Part shown: positions 12,904-25,079 of the stretch, one piece after another
Position numbering within the stretch: position 1 is the first letter of the stretch
How the letters are laid out: each line of letters opens with the position of its first letter
Assembly (NCBI RefSeq): GCF_036321535.1
Contig: NC_087437.1
Coordinates: 105,588,001-105,652,000 of the forward strand
Direction: 5' to 3'
Origin: Camelus dromedarius
Lineage: Eukaryota
Length of the DNA: 64,000 nucleotides
The notes under the pieces: model-generated
Databases searched by the model: none
What the model saw: the letters and a program-made list of their open reading frames with translations, nothing else
What the model was told of the DNA's origin: nothing
Program-made: the position numbers and the translations under genes

Positions 12904-13298
12904 TGTTGACCGAAATACATACATATATATATATATAATATATATTTCAGGATATATAGGAGCTTTACAACAAAGACCAGGTAGTTGAAACATTAAAAGA
13001 TTACCTGTTATCTAAAGAAAACCAGGCATCTCAAGTTAAAGAATTAAGTGCTTTTCTATGTATGGGAGGAAGCAAATATTTGGGCTCATTGAATCCATTC
13101 CTTTGACAAGCATCCAGCTATGTAGGCCAGTATCCTGTACTTTCTTATTCTGAGTCCCCTCAGGGTGCACTATTGTGAGTGGCTGCAGAGGCCAGGCTGC
13201 AGGCTTGTCTTCACTAGGGGGTGGCGGCAGCCACTGATGACTTGATGGTTTCAGCATTCTTTGTTTACTGATGTGGTTTGCAGTATTTTTTGTTCACG
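12904..13298 (-). mobile_element. ERV1 solo LTR, same family as 12291-12767, inverted, with an internal deletion
   Basis: Reverse complement aligns to 12291-12642 at roughly 90% by eye and retains the terminal tgttgaccgaaat. Perfect TSD TCAG (12900-12903 and 13299-13302). R region replaced by (TA)n. Confidence 0.92.
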
Positions 13299-13675
13299 TC
13301 AGGAACAAGCATATTGAAGTTTTCAAAAGAACGAAGCATGCATTTATAATCCTCTTGACTAAAACTTGACATCAGAATGGCATATGATATACTTAAATAA
13401 TTCCTTGAAGGAATGACTATATTTATCATGTATTTACATGTAAAATATGCAATATAAAAAACTGTAATAAGAAACTGCTTGCCTACAACTGAGAAAATAA
13501 TATGCTTATGAGTTTCTGAAATAATTTTAAGTCTGATGGCTCAAGAATCTTGTGACCTGGGAGACCAAGAGGAATTCCTCACATGGAGACAGACATTCAC
13601 GGCTTCTCATAGTCCTTCAAACTCCAAAAGTACTTGAATAACAATTTTACTGTATTTTCACAGCCATATTTAGGG

Positions 13676-13716
13676 GTGTGTGTGTGCATGTGTGTGTGAG
13701 TCGGTGTGAGTGTGTC
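13676..13716. repeat. Imperfect (TG)n microsatellite
   Basis: gtgtgtgtgtgcatgtgtgtgtgagtcggtgtgagtgtgt. Confidence 0.8.
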
Positions 13717-14449
13717 TGTAATTTCCAACCACTTTTGATCTTTAAACTCAGAGGAAAGGAGCTAACAGAAAGAAAAATTATTTCTCCCAAGGAAAATAAT
13801 AGTTGTTTGGGTTGTATTGTTTACAGAAAATACCTATAGAAAAAAGTAAGAAAAGAAACATGAAGGGCTAGTGAAAAATGAGTATCATTTACATTAGAAA
13901 TAGTAACTAAGCATTCTTGTTTATGAAATATCATATTGCTGATTATGTAAATCTGAAAAATCAATGAATAGGCAGTAAATTTAAGTGAGAAAAAAGAGTC
14001 AGTAAGAGGTGGAAAAGGGGTATATGTTTTATGGAATTATTATCGTTTCATAAGGAAACACATTGCTTAAAAGTTTAGATTTTTCATGATGAGAGAGAAA
14101 AAGTATATTCAATACTATGGGATGATTTTTCTCTTCTCAAAATTTACTCTTATAATACTGTTTCACAAGTTATTCACTAAAGCTCTATCTTTTTACCAAA
14201 TGAAGCAATGGATAAATAAATGACCCCTAAATGATGATTTCTCACAAATTCCTTTTAAACAATACTATTCTGAGTTATTAATTAAAAGCTGTTATTAATT
14301 TTGACTTCATCAGTCAAGTCATATCCCTCCTTTTCAAAACAAATATATATATGAAGCTGTGTGTTTGCAAGAATTAAAAAATATCATTAGCAATTTGTTA
14401 TATGATAAGGGATATCTTTTTAAAATTAATTATCAGTGAAATGAGGCAT

Positions 14450-14740
14450 ATAGAGTAAGAAAAGGGTTAATCCACCAGGAAGATAAAAGAATACTAAACC
14501 TGTATGTACCTGAAATCATAGCTTCAACATTTAAAAAGAAAAACTGACAAAACTAAAAGAAGTAGACCAATGACAAACTTAACTGTAGATTTTAAAACAT
14601 TTTTGAAAATAAGTATAGAAATGATCTGAAAATGAGAGAGGAGAGAGAGAGAGAGAAGAAAGCATTGGAGAAGGAAGAGGTGGAGGGAGGGGAAGGAAGA
14701 GATTGTTGCACTGATTAATGAAACATACATACTATTTTCA
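14450..14740 (+). mobile_element. Old L1 ORF2 endonuclease-domain fragment (decayed), interrupted by a GA-rich tract
   Basis: From 14461 translates KGLIHQEDKRILNLYVPEIIAS, resembling the L1 EN motif KGSIHQEDITILNIYAPN; then stops. Confidence 0.8.
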
Positions 14741-14849
14741 AGATATTTGTTCCATTCGCTAAATTTATTTCTTTACAAATATCAACAAAAGTGGTTCTAC
14801 TGTTCATTTATTTTCAATTTCTCATTTCTTCCAAACACAGAAATACAGA

Positions 14850-15680
14850 ATACAGCTCTCACTAAAGATGACACCAAAATGGACAAGAACATTTGTGAGA
14901 AGGTGCTAAATTTGCCTAGTCATCAGAAAGATGAAAATCAAAAATCGAAGTGAGATGTGCCACATAAGTAACATATAAGGAAATAACAACAATAAGGAAA
15001 CAAAACAAAACAAAAAGATCTTGCAATTCCCAAGTTTTAGTGAGTCAGTGAAATGTTCTTATTTATCACAAAAGGACCCATAAATTATGACAATACTTCT
15101 GAAAGCTGTCCAGCAGAATCTACTTAGACTAAGTACCCTCTGACCCAGTCATTGTTCTCTTAGGAATATGTCCAACAGAAACGTGTATCTATGTTGTCAC
15201 ATGTTCATGGAAGAATGTTTATAACAGCAGTACTTGCAATTTCCCAAATCTGAAGACCCCAGTATCTATCAGCATTGAAAACGATACGTAAACTGTGTCA
15301 TAATTATATGGAAATTGTGAATGAATATACAGTAAATCAGAAATAAAAACTGAATCAACTATTTTTATAAGCAAACAACATGGATGAATCTTAGAAACAC
15401 AATGTTGAACAAAATAAATTAGATACAAATGAACGCACATGATTTATATCACATACACTTCAAAAAAAGTCACAATTATTCTATGACATTAGAAGTGACA
15501 TTGATAACTCTTAATACTAGTATCTGGGAAGGGGCAACGGTCTCCTTTTGGGAGCTCATTTTTTTATCTGTATGCTGGCTCCTCTTAGGGAAGTCACTTT
15601 ATGAACAATTTATTGATTGATCTGTATACTTATGATTTTTATAATTTTATTAATGTTTTATATTTAAGTGACTTTCATCA
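14850..15680 (+). mobile_element. Old L1M (L1ME-like) ORF2 end and 3' UTR
   Basis: taccctctgacccagtcattgttctcttaggaatatgtccaacagaaac; caacatggatgaatcttagaaacacaatgttgaacaaa are L1M 3' motifs. Confidence 0.8.
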
Positions 15681-15794
15681 CTGACATGAGACAATGTAAT
15701 TTTATTAAAGACAAGTCCCTTCTAATAAATAAATCTAATTTATTATATCCAAGAGTTACACGGAGAGATATTAAGAGGAATGTAATATATTAAA

Positions 15795-16080
15795 TACAAA
15801 ACAGAAACAGACTTATAGATATAGAATACAAAGTTGTGGTTGCCAGGGGGACGGGGGGTGGGAAGGGACTGGGATTTCAAAATGTAGAATAGATAAACAA
15901 GATTGTACTGTGTAGCACAGGGAAATATATACAGGATCTTGTGGTGGCTCACAGCGAAAGAGAATGTGACAATGAATGTATGTATGTTCATGTATTACTG
16001 AAAAATTGTGCTCTACATTGGAATTTGACACAATGTTGTAAAATGACTATAACTCAATAAAAAAAGGTTAAAAAAATAAA
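15795..16080 (+). mobile_element. Young lineage-specific L1 3' UTR with A-tail (camelid type)
   Basis: acaaaacagaaacagactt...gtagcacagggaaatatatacaggatcttgtggtggctcacagcgaaagagaatgtgac...gactataactcaataaaaaa. Confidence 0.88.
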
Positions 16081-16084
16081 GCAG

Positions 16085-16885
16085 ACAAAAAAGACATGTA
16101 CATGTTAATGAACTAGATAATGCAATATCACAAGAATATTAATATTTTCAATTTTTTCCAAATAGTATAGACTTAAATTATTTTCAATTAAAATTTTTTG
16201 AAATTTTTACAGACTTAGACAAGCTGGCTCTAAAATTTATACTGAGCACAAAAGCCCAGAGTAATCAGTTTACAGGAGAAGATTATCATGAGTAGGCATT
16301 CCTTTCAACACATAAAGAATTATCGTAAAGCCAGCGGTTTTGATAATGCGGCAAAGTGATATAAGACAGTTATGCCTTTGGCCCAAGAATAGAAACATTG
16401 ATAAAAGAAAGAGAGTGGAAAGCTCTGGGCTTTATATAAAGTGGGAACACACTGTATAAATAGCTTTTATTTTAGAGAAAGGAGGTTTTCAATAAAGAAG
16501 CCTGTCACTTTGCAGGAAAATGAAATTTATTCCCTCATAACATATACAGTTGACCCTTAAACAAAGTGGGATTTGGGGGTACTGCCTCCACACAGTGGAA
16601 AATCCACATATAATATTATAGTTGGCCCTCCTGCCCTCTGTATCTGCAGTTCCTCTATTCAGTCAACCACTGGTCATGCAGTGCTGTAGCATGTTTCAGG
16701 TATGAGTGGACCCAGGGAACTCAAACCCATGTTGTTCAAGGGTCAGCTGCATCAAGAATACCAGTTACTTTAGGCTTAACTGGAAATGGTGAAGCTACAC
16801 AACTTTAGAAAAAAAGAGAATATTTATGTGACTACCAAATTATGATGGGTTTCTTAAGGAACAGAAATGTGCAAATAATAGAAAT
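16085..16885 (+). mobile_element. Old L1M ORF2 fragment (interrupted by a Tigger2-type MITE)
   Basis: gacttagacaagctggctctaaaatttatac; gaaacattgataaaagaaagagagtggaaagc; resumes after 16749 (aactttagaaaaaaagagaatatttatgtgac). Confidence 0.7.
16547..16749. mobile_element. TcMar-Tigger2-family MITE
   Basis: Terminal inverted repeats cagttgacccttaaacaa / ttgttcaagggtcagctg; TA immediately 5'; internal gtggacccagggaactcaaacccatgttg. Confidence 0.88.
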
Positions 16886-17480
16886 TTTTTATTTGCAGGT
16901 CTGCTGCTGAAAAATCCTTTTAATTTATCTGAAATGTCATTATATCACTTTTCTTTTTGAAAGATATTATTGCTAGATATAGAATTTAACTGGTAGCTAG
17001 CTTATTTTGGTCCCTCAAATATTATTAGATTTCTTATGGTTTCAATAGGTTCTTTTTATATATGAGCTGTTGGTCTTATTTTTGTTCTTTTTTAGATAGT
17101 ATATCTTTTGTCCCCATTACTACTTCTAAAATTATATGTATATATATAACTTAGTAATTTTAATTTAGGTACAATTTTCTTTTTATTCATCATGTTTGAG
17201 TTTCTCTGGTTTCCCTGAATTTGTAGGTGGATGTATATCATCAGTTTAGAAAATTCTTGGCTCTTATATCTTCAGACATCTTCTATCTCAGTCTCTCTCC
17301 CCAATCTTCTTGGATTTCAGTTATTTACATGTTGAATGTCTTCGAGATTCTGTTCCTCTTCTTTCACTATTTATTCTTACCATGCTTAAGTTAATATATG
17401 TATCCTATGTATCTGTGGTGTCAATTCTATAATTGTAATTTTATTCAAGAATTTCCATTTTTTCCAATCATTTCCTGAAT
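16886..17480 (-). mobile_element. Old L1M ORF1-region fragment
   Basis: gcaggtctgctgctgaaaaatcct...ttgaaagatattattgctagatatagaatt; catcagtttagaaaattcttggctcttatatcttc resemble antisense L1 ORF1. Confidence 0.75.
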
Positions 17481-19899
17481 TAAAAAAAAAAAAACTTTCC
17501 TTTTCTTTCATTTTCAGTTTAAAGTTAAAAAAACAGAAACAGAAAAAAGTAAAAAAAATCCACCTCTAGGACATTCTTTAATCTCTATTTTTGGTTTTGT
17601 TTTTGTTTTTTTTCTGTATTCCTCCTTGGGCAGAATCTAATGGAGGCTCCATTAAATTTCCTTCTAGGCACTGGGTAGATATTACAACTTTTGAAAAATA
17701 TTAGATTTACTTGACAGGTTCTTAAAGCTCAGCTCAGCAGGAACTTGAACAGTTCTTTATAATCCTCATACCTGCTCCCCATAGCTGTGAAGCTAAAAAT
17801 GAATCCTGTCTGTTAATTTCTCTAAAACAAAAGCATCCACTTTCCCATTTACAACCAACTTTAAGTTACTATCCAAATGTTTTTCCTTAGAAACAGATCT
17901 GCTTTTGCTCAGTCTATTTATTTCCATTTCAGTACTTGGGAACATAAACTTCCAGCATATGCTTTGAAGAAAAATTGATTATGCAGAGAAAAGAAAGAAA
18001 CTGTAAGATTTTCTACATGAATTTCTTAAAGATTGCATATTTAGATGGAAATATAGAAAATAGATGAGTTAACATAAATTTTAGCAAATAAAAATCAGGC
18101 TAGACACAAATAAAATTCAGCACTAAGACCAGGGAATGTTTCCATTTTTAAGAAAAATAAAATGTAGATTACATTGAGTGGTAAAATAATTGACTGAATC
18201 CAACAGCCAACAATTAAACTCAACTTGCTCATGAAAACAAATACATTTTAACCTTTCTTTTTTGATTTATTGGAAGATATCCACTTGTAATACATCCTTT
18301 CTGACATCACCCCGTTTACCCTCCACTCCCCTGTCCCCGATTCATGCCCCATCCCTACACACGTACACACACTCTCAGCTCACACAAAGTGACTATTACA
18401 ACATCCAGTTAAAGCAGAGAATTCACTAGGGAATGTAATAGCAGTCAAATTTGTAAATTTATAAGTTTGTAAAAAGAGTGAACACACAAGTTTTTTTTTA
18501 TCTTTTTATTTGAGCACTGTCTGAGCATCCTGATGATGTCTATGTCATGATAATTTATATATAGAGTTTTCATTTATTTTTTTCCCTTGACTTGTTTAAT
18601 TTCAGGCTATTTTGCAGTTTAATTCTGTATACTTTTTTTCATCAGAAATAGTCATTTTTTTGGCCAACATAAAAATTGTTACCATAATATGAGAAATTTT
18701 TCTTTATTTTCTCTTTTAGAAAAGTGTCATTCTGTCAAGGACCTGTTAATGCCTCTATTTCCTGTTTAAAATACCCTCCCCTTCCAGTTTAGAGTTTTTA
18801 TTTTTTTCTCTTGAAAATGTGTTGGATTATTTTCCTTGAGAGTTTGAGGCTTCCCTAGCCACTTTTATTAAGTAATTCTCTACCTTAATAATAATGTGTC
18901 ATGTAATGATAAAACAAGCTCAAATATGTGTTGGACTCAAGAATATTACTTTAATTCAGATTTGCTAGATGTGTGATTTTCTATGACCATTACTATAATC
19001 ATAATGAAAAGGCATTCATCTAACAGAAATAATATTTTAGGTTCTCAGGGCCAAATGAGAAGCTGCCTCTTACCAGACCTTTTCTCTATCAAATACAAGA
19101 TAATGATAAGAAATTTATTCATATTTTTACAATGCAGAAATTCTCTCTTTCATGTATACAGGGTTAAATAATTTGAATCATAATATTCAAACTTAATGAG
19201 TAATGGGCTTACAAGGGACTTATTTTCAGAAATATATTAACTCTATAAAAATGTAAATCTGGAGATCTTTTACATCGTATATGTGGTTTTGGATATTCCC
19301 TTTGTTATTAACATTGATAAATTATTCAGTTGAGACTGTAAAATTCAAAAATCAAACAAATGCAGTGTCAAGTAAGTGGGCATCTATTTTGTAAAATATT
19401 GATTACAATAAAGGAGGTATTCCTATCAAACAGATTCAAGTAAGTTGAAAGGCATTGTAATCAGTAAGTAGCAAGTGGAATATGAACACATTTCAACTCT
19501 CTAGTAGGAAAATCTGGGGTGACTAGGAACAGCTAACTGGACCCAGGTGGTCACTTTCTCAGGAGAACTCTTTGTCATCATCTTCAAACAAGGAAAGCAA
19601 AAGCATCAGGTTTAGCTATTTTGGAAGTCTCACAGTGTGAAAGTCATCATACATCATAACTGAAATAATGGGAAATAATTAATAAATTTCATTGACTTAA
19701 AAGAGTTGCCAGATGCATCTGATTTTCAAGTAAGAAAAAGAAAGGCAACAGAAGCCCATAAAATGTGTCACAACAGTTTATGACAATTTAACACAAAAGA
19801 GATTCATCTGATTTCCAAAATAATGTAATTTCAGAAACAGAAGTTATTTAATTTGAGCACAGAATAAAATTCCATCAATTTTCCACATATATTAATTGA

Positions 19900-20135
19900 C
19901 ATTCTACTTTGGAAGTCAACTTTCCCAATGAATAGTCTGTTCATTTGTTTTTCATTAAGTCATATTGATGGATTCTTAATTATTTAAGTGGGTTATGATC
20001 CAGCACTGTCATTGGTTTTGAAACTCAAAATTTCCCGGATTTGAGTCTATGAGTGTTCCTTCCTGCTGGCTGTTTTGTCCTTTTTTCATGTCACCATCAC
20101 ATTTTGTGCACTAATCTCTGGTACAAAAGGTATTA
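19900..20135 (-). mobile_element. L1MC-type 3' UTR fragment
   Basis: gatggattcttaattatttaagtgggttatgatcc...aactcaaaatttcccggatttg...ctggctgttttgtcctttt. Confidence 0.55.
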
Positions 20136-20781
20136 AGATTTTAACTTTCAAAAAAATTTTACCACTTTAAAAGCTTCATTTTTCTTTTTTCTAAAAAAAT
20201 TAATTATAAAACTAATTAACTAACAGCAAAAATATGGACCAAATATACCTAATGCCTCTCTTGTATAAGAAAATAATAGAATCAAAATAAGGTGAATGTA
20301 AAAGTTAAATTCTAAATAGGAGCTCTCTGTTTTCAGAGAATTACAAAAAAAAAAAGCAAAGCAATTAGCAAATATTTTTATTATGCTTCAATTCTGAGAG
20401 CAAATTGCTGATTTAGTTAACAAGTCATACTTTGATGTAAATCTTTGATGGTCATTTAAAATATACATATTAGGAATGTATGTTAGAATAAGTTGTCCTC
20501 TTTTCTTATGAAAAAGGCAAACTTGGCCAAATGCAGTACATTAATAATCTGTGTTCTAAGGGACACACTTTTTTCAATAAAAATACTAAACCTGTAGCCT
20601 AGTGTCAATATAAACATCATGAAAAGTATGGTTTGTAAATATAATATTTTATCCAATTTGTTTTTCCAGTCATTTTTAGTCTTCTGCCACAGGAACACAA
20701 ACACAAGTCATGGTCCACTCATTATCAACCAGGTTCAAATGCTCAGAATATTTCCAATTGTTATATTGTTTTTAAGTTTAA

Positions 20782-20946
20782 GGCGATAATGGAGATTTTC
20801 AAATTAGTTCTATGAGACATACCTCCGCCCCACCCCCAACCCCACCCCCACCCCCAATTCTGAGATCTGGAATTAGGGTTGAGGAATTGGTGGTTTTGAA
20901 AATATTACCTGTGTGTCTAATGCGTAACCAGGTTGCAAAGTACTGT
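20782..20946. mobile_element. MER5-type hAT-Charlie fragment containing a C-rich tract
   Basis: gatctggaattagggttgaggaattggtggttttgaaaatattacctgtgtgtctaatgcgtaaccaggttgcaaagtactg resembles the MER5A/B end. Confidence 0.55.
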
Positions 20947-21159
20947 GTGAGACAGTATTACATAAGGTTTCTTTCCTTAAAATAAAACAGGTACTTTTAT
21001 TAATTTATTGAGATTTAACTCTAAGTAGTACAAAGATGAATAAGCAGTGTCCTCTTATACAATAAACTTAAAATTTGGCAGAAATAATATGTATACAAAG
21101 ATTATCTTATTTATCTTATCTATCACCTGTCAACTTTAGCGATTTATTCTGTTTTAAAG

Positions 21160-21620
21160 GTGCAACTGAATGACCCTCAAGTCTACATTCCAAATGAAAG
21201 TTAGCTCTCAAGTTCCCGAATGTTCTTCCAGTCCCTTAATTTCAGCATGACTGAAACTAAACTCATTACATCTGTACTAAATTAGTTTCTCCTCCTGACT
21301 TCTTTATTTTCTTAAAGCCTCAGCATTCTTCCTGTTGGCCTGGTTTTATTACTTGATTGAATTTTCAGACTTTCTCTATCTCTAGCCATTCTGTCAAAAA
21401 AAAAAAAAAATCACTTTAGGTTCCATTTCAAAATTATCTTTTAAGTCAAGCTGTCTTTGCTGTTCCTACCACCAATAGATAGATTCTTGTTCTCATTACT
21501 TATCAATATAATTATTGTATCTACTGCCTCTAAGTGCTAAGCTTGACATCACCAATTATTACAGTCTCAGAAAAAGTTTCAATACTCCACTGAATGTAGA
21601 TTAAACTCCTATCATTATAT
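21160..21620 (+). mobile_element. L2 fragment
   Basis: tgaccctcaagtctacattcc; cttaatttcagcatgactgaaactaaactcatt are L2 motifs. Confidence 0.6.
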
Positions 21621-23658
21621 CTGTGTTTCAAGTGTGACTAACAGTATTGTGATAATTAAAGTAGGATTCAAAGCACACTGACAGATAATGAAGCCTTTCT
21701 GTTTACCTGTATATTTTCTGATACCCTTGTCCAAGGTGAAAGCTATTCACTGACAATATGCTGGTGATTTCACTGCAATTTTAATACCTCTTGCTGAAGT
21801 CTGTCTCTAACTTAGTAACTTAACCATCTCATAGACTGTTGTCTGAAGGTACAAATTGAACTACACCATCTTCCATTCAATACTAATTGGAACACCAAAA
21901 AACTCATCATATATGGAGCTATGCATGTATATTGTATATATGCATGCATCTAACTCACCAACATGCCATTTTATCATCTTACACTTCAGCAAAATCTTTT
22001 TGAAGTAATTAGAATGTTTCCTTATATCAGATCATGTTAGAATTCCAGTTACAAAGTTGCTTAGTGGGGACCATCAAAGAGAAAAATATAAATAGAAATG
22101 TCTTCTTCAGGCTATAAATAAAGGCTAATGAAATAATTCTGCCTCATAGATTTTTGTCCAAGCACACTAATTACTGTTATTTTTCTCTTAACTGGCCCTC
22201 TAGTAGTTTCAGTCTCCTTGTGTTCAGAAACTGCTGTACAGAAAAGAGGTTTTCATGATATCAGAATAAATCTGAGGTTGTTGACAGATCTCAATCTGCT
22301 TCTATACTTTTTCTCCTTATTGTAAAGTCCCACCTGGATTTAGAGCAAGCCTCCAAATGAGACTGAAGTTCTATTGGCTTTATTTTCTCCACAAAATCTT
22401 TTTCAATAAAGAAAATCTTCGATCAACCAGCAAGGGTACCATTATTTCTCTGAGGAATGGACGAGATAAAAACAAAATTCCTTATGGAAAAATACCCAGC
22501 AGAGAGACCCCCTATACACACCCATGTCTTCCACACAAACAAACACAAATTGATTTGAAGGTTTTTCTAGCCACATTAGAAGCTGGGCTTCAAATCTTCT
22601 ATAACCTACAAAATATATAGAAGTAATCTTGATAATACTGATTAAAGGTTCAATTTTCATAATCAGGTTTTTTTAATCTAAAAGTGAGAATTCCATCTAT
22701 TATTAATTCATGTGGGCAGGAAAATATCCTCTGAATTGAAATTCTTAATGGTAACATGGCAGGAACCATCTAATGAATGATTGTGTTGACACAGATTAAG
22801 ATGTTATTCTCTTTAAGAAATAATACACCACATAGAAGAGAGGCCAAGAAGTCTACTTTCTTTCAACTACTTTTAATTTTTAAAATATGTTATCATGATT
22901 TTTCAGAAACTGATTCAAACATGCATAAGTGTTATTTTTGTCCTGTGAAACCAATCACTTACAGCTTTTTAAAAAACGCACTTTTCCTGAAGTGAACAGT
23001 TTCTCCATTAGCTTTGCTGGACATCCAATATCATAATAATTACAGAGAGACTGTTCAATGCATACTAATTGGTAACAGAAATCAATGAGACTTGGCATTG
23101 CTTTTCATGTAATGACCACGGTTTCCCTGATTACATTATCATGGTCATTATTTGGTAATTCTTGCTGTGAATTCTGAATGATTTTTAAAATCCAGAACAT
23201 AGGATAATTTACTTGGATTCTGGTACTGTGTGGCACAAAAGGAATGAGTCTACTGCTGTGGTCCCTAGAGCTTCCTTCAGATTTTATGTCATAAGAGCAG
23301 ACTCTTTGCCATGCGTGCAGTAAGGAGAAGAAATTTCATTACAGAACTACTGGGTGCCACTTCTGAACTTATTTACTGAAATTTTGTGCATCAAGAAAGC
23401 ATAACCACTGTGAATGTTACTGAATAAGGGATGACAGGAAGTAGATAATGCACACTTGGAGGAGGAGGTGGGAAGAACAGGTTTGGAAAGTGGAGCTAAA
23501 ATGTCATAGAAAAGTTACTTGGCAACCCTCTTGAAGCACTGGGATCTAAAGCCAAGTCTGACCTTTCTGTCTGGTCCAGATATCCCTGGGGCATTCCAAA
23601 GGGGAGCCGGTGGGAACTGCTGTCTCCATGCCCCTTGGTGGTCCTGCATCCACCGTGG

Positions 23659-23737
23659 AAGAAGAAAGAAAGAAAGAAAAAGGAAGGGAGGAAAGTAGGA
23701 AGTAAGGGAAAGATGAAGAAAAGAAGAAGAAAAAAGT
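23659..23737. repeat. GA-rich low-complexity tract
   Basis: Near-pure purine run, seen directly. Confidence 0.8.
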
Positions 23738-25079
23738 TAAAGGTCATGGATGTGACTGAAGATGGGAAAATATTAGGGAATAGAGGGAGAAAAAAGCAGG
23801 AAAGGTTAATCTACATTTACAGAAAAACTGCAGACCAAAATACATGATTTCCAGTCTGATTTAGATTATTGAAGATTTAAAAATATAAAGATAGACATTT
23901 TTCTGAATGCTATAGAAAATAAATACTTTATTTCAGAGAGCCAAAGATTGCATAAAACAATGGAGTAGGTAAATGTAGATTTCAGTGTATTCCAAAGTTA
24001 CACCTGTCTATAATAAAAGTAATCAAAAAGGAAAGCAGAATCACTCTTACAAACAAGCAATCATCTTTTAAAAATAAGGAGAATTCAAGATATTATAATG
24101 GAACCATGAATTGTTTGATCTGAAAGACCCTCCATCATCTGATACTGTGCATGATAGTATAGATAAAGAAAGTGAGACCCCACAGTTAAGGGTAAACTTA
24201 ACTTAAGAGTGAACTTAAGAGTTAGAAATGTTTTAGTTTAGAACATTTTGGAGGGAAAATTTAACAAAGTTTTTCATCGCAGTTTATTTCATGTTTGCAC
24301 TATAAGAAAATATGAATCAACTAGTCTTTTGTGCTCAGTTATCTAGAAGGAATAAAGGAAGCCAGGCAGAGTGAAAGATACATAAAAGATACAGTAAGGA
24401 ACCTGCATTTTGCCTGGGCTAAGATGAATCAAAAACAGCCCATCAACCAGAAGACAAAAAGAAATCAAAAGCAACATATACACTTGGGCTAACTCTGTAC
24501 AATTACAGAAGTACCCACTGTGGAATCAAGTTGGTCACTTTTGGCAGGCAAAGCAATGATTCCATTCTACACCTGATTTATTTTTTTCCTTCCATATGGC
24601 AGAAGCTCCACTAACAACAAGAGGGTCCTGTGTTTCCCTCCTTACTCACTCGTGCCCACAAAAGTGAGGCATGAATTCTCACTGGTAAATTTAGAAAGAA
24701 TTAACTAGGCAGTTCCTTTCTTTTCCTCATAGAATATTACCTGCTTTCAATTGGCCTTAAGAGTCCCTGCCCCCTGAGATTTGCAGAGGCAAAGGAACAA
24801 GCCAGAGAGGAATGCGTGAGTTGGCTGTGGAGGTTGAGTTATGTCTGTGACTAGGTGATTAATTTTTATGATAGTGGGTTTGGCTCTTAGGAAGCTTTCC
24901 TGCCCTCAGATGTAACCTAGACTCTGCAAGATCATCTGCATCAGTGATGTATTTTGCCCTTCATCTTCTGACTACTATTGTCATAGCTCATGACTTGAGT
25001 AGGGAACAAGAGTCCGATTATTTGTTTTACTTCAAACCTCCAGTCATTATATAAATGTCTTCACATTCTATGACTTATA

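Noticed and set aside
12344..13257. ORFs 12344-12532 and 13036-13257 as a small gene pair
   Set aside because: Both lie within the U3 regions of the two LTR copies, in opposite LTR senses; chance ORFs.
12291..13298. Inverted repeat as a DNA transposon with long terminal inverted repeats
   Set aside because: Each arm has LTR features and its own 4-bp flanks; there is no TSD around the whole unit (taaa vs tcag).
17634..17658. Near-palindrome aatctaatggaggctccattaaatt
   Set aside because: Short and isolated; compatible with chance.
23110..23150. Hairpin taatgacca...tggtcatta
   Set aside because: A 9-bp stem is expected several times by chance in 64 kb of AT-rich DNA.
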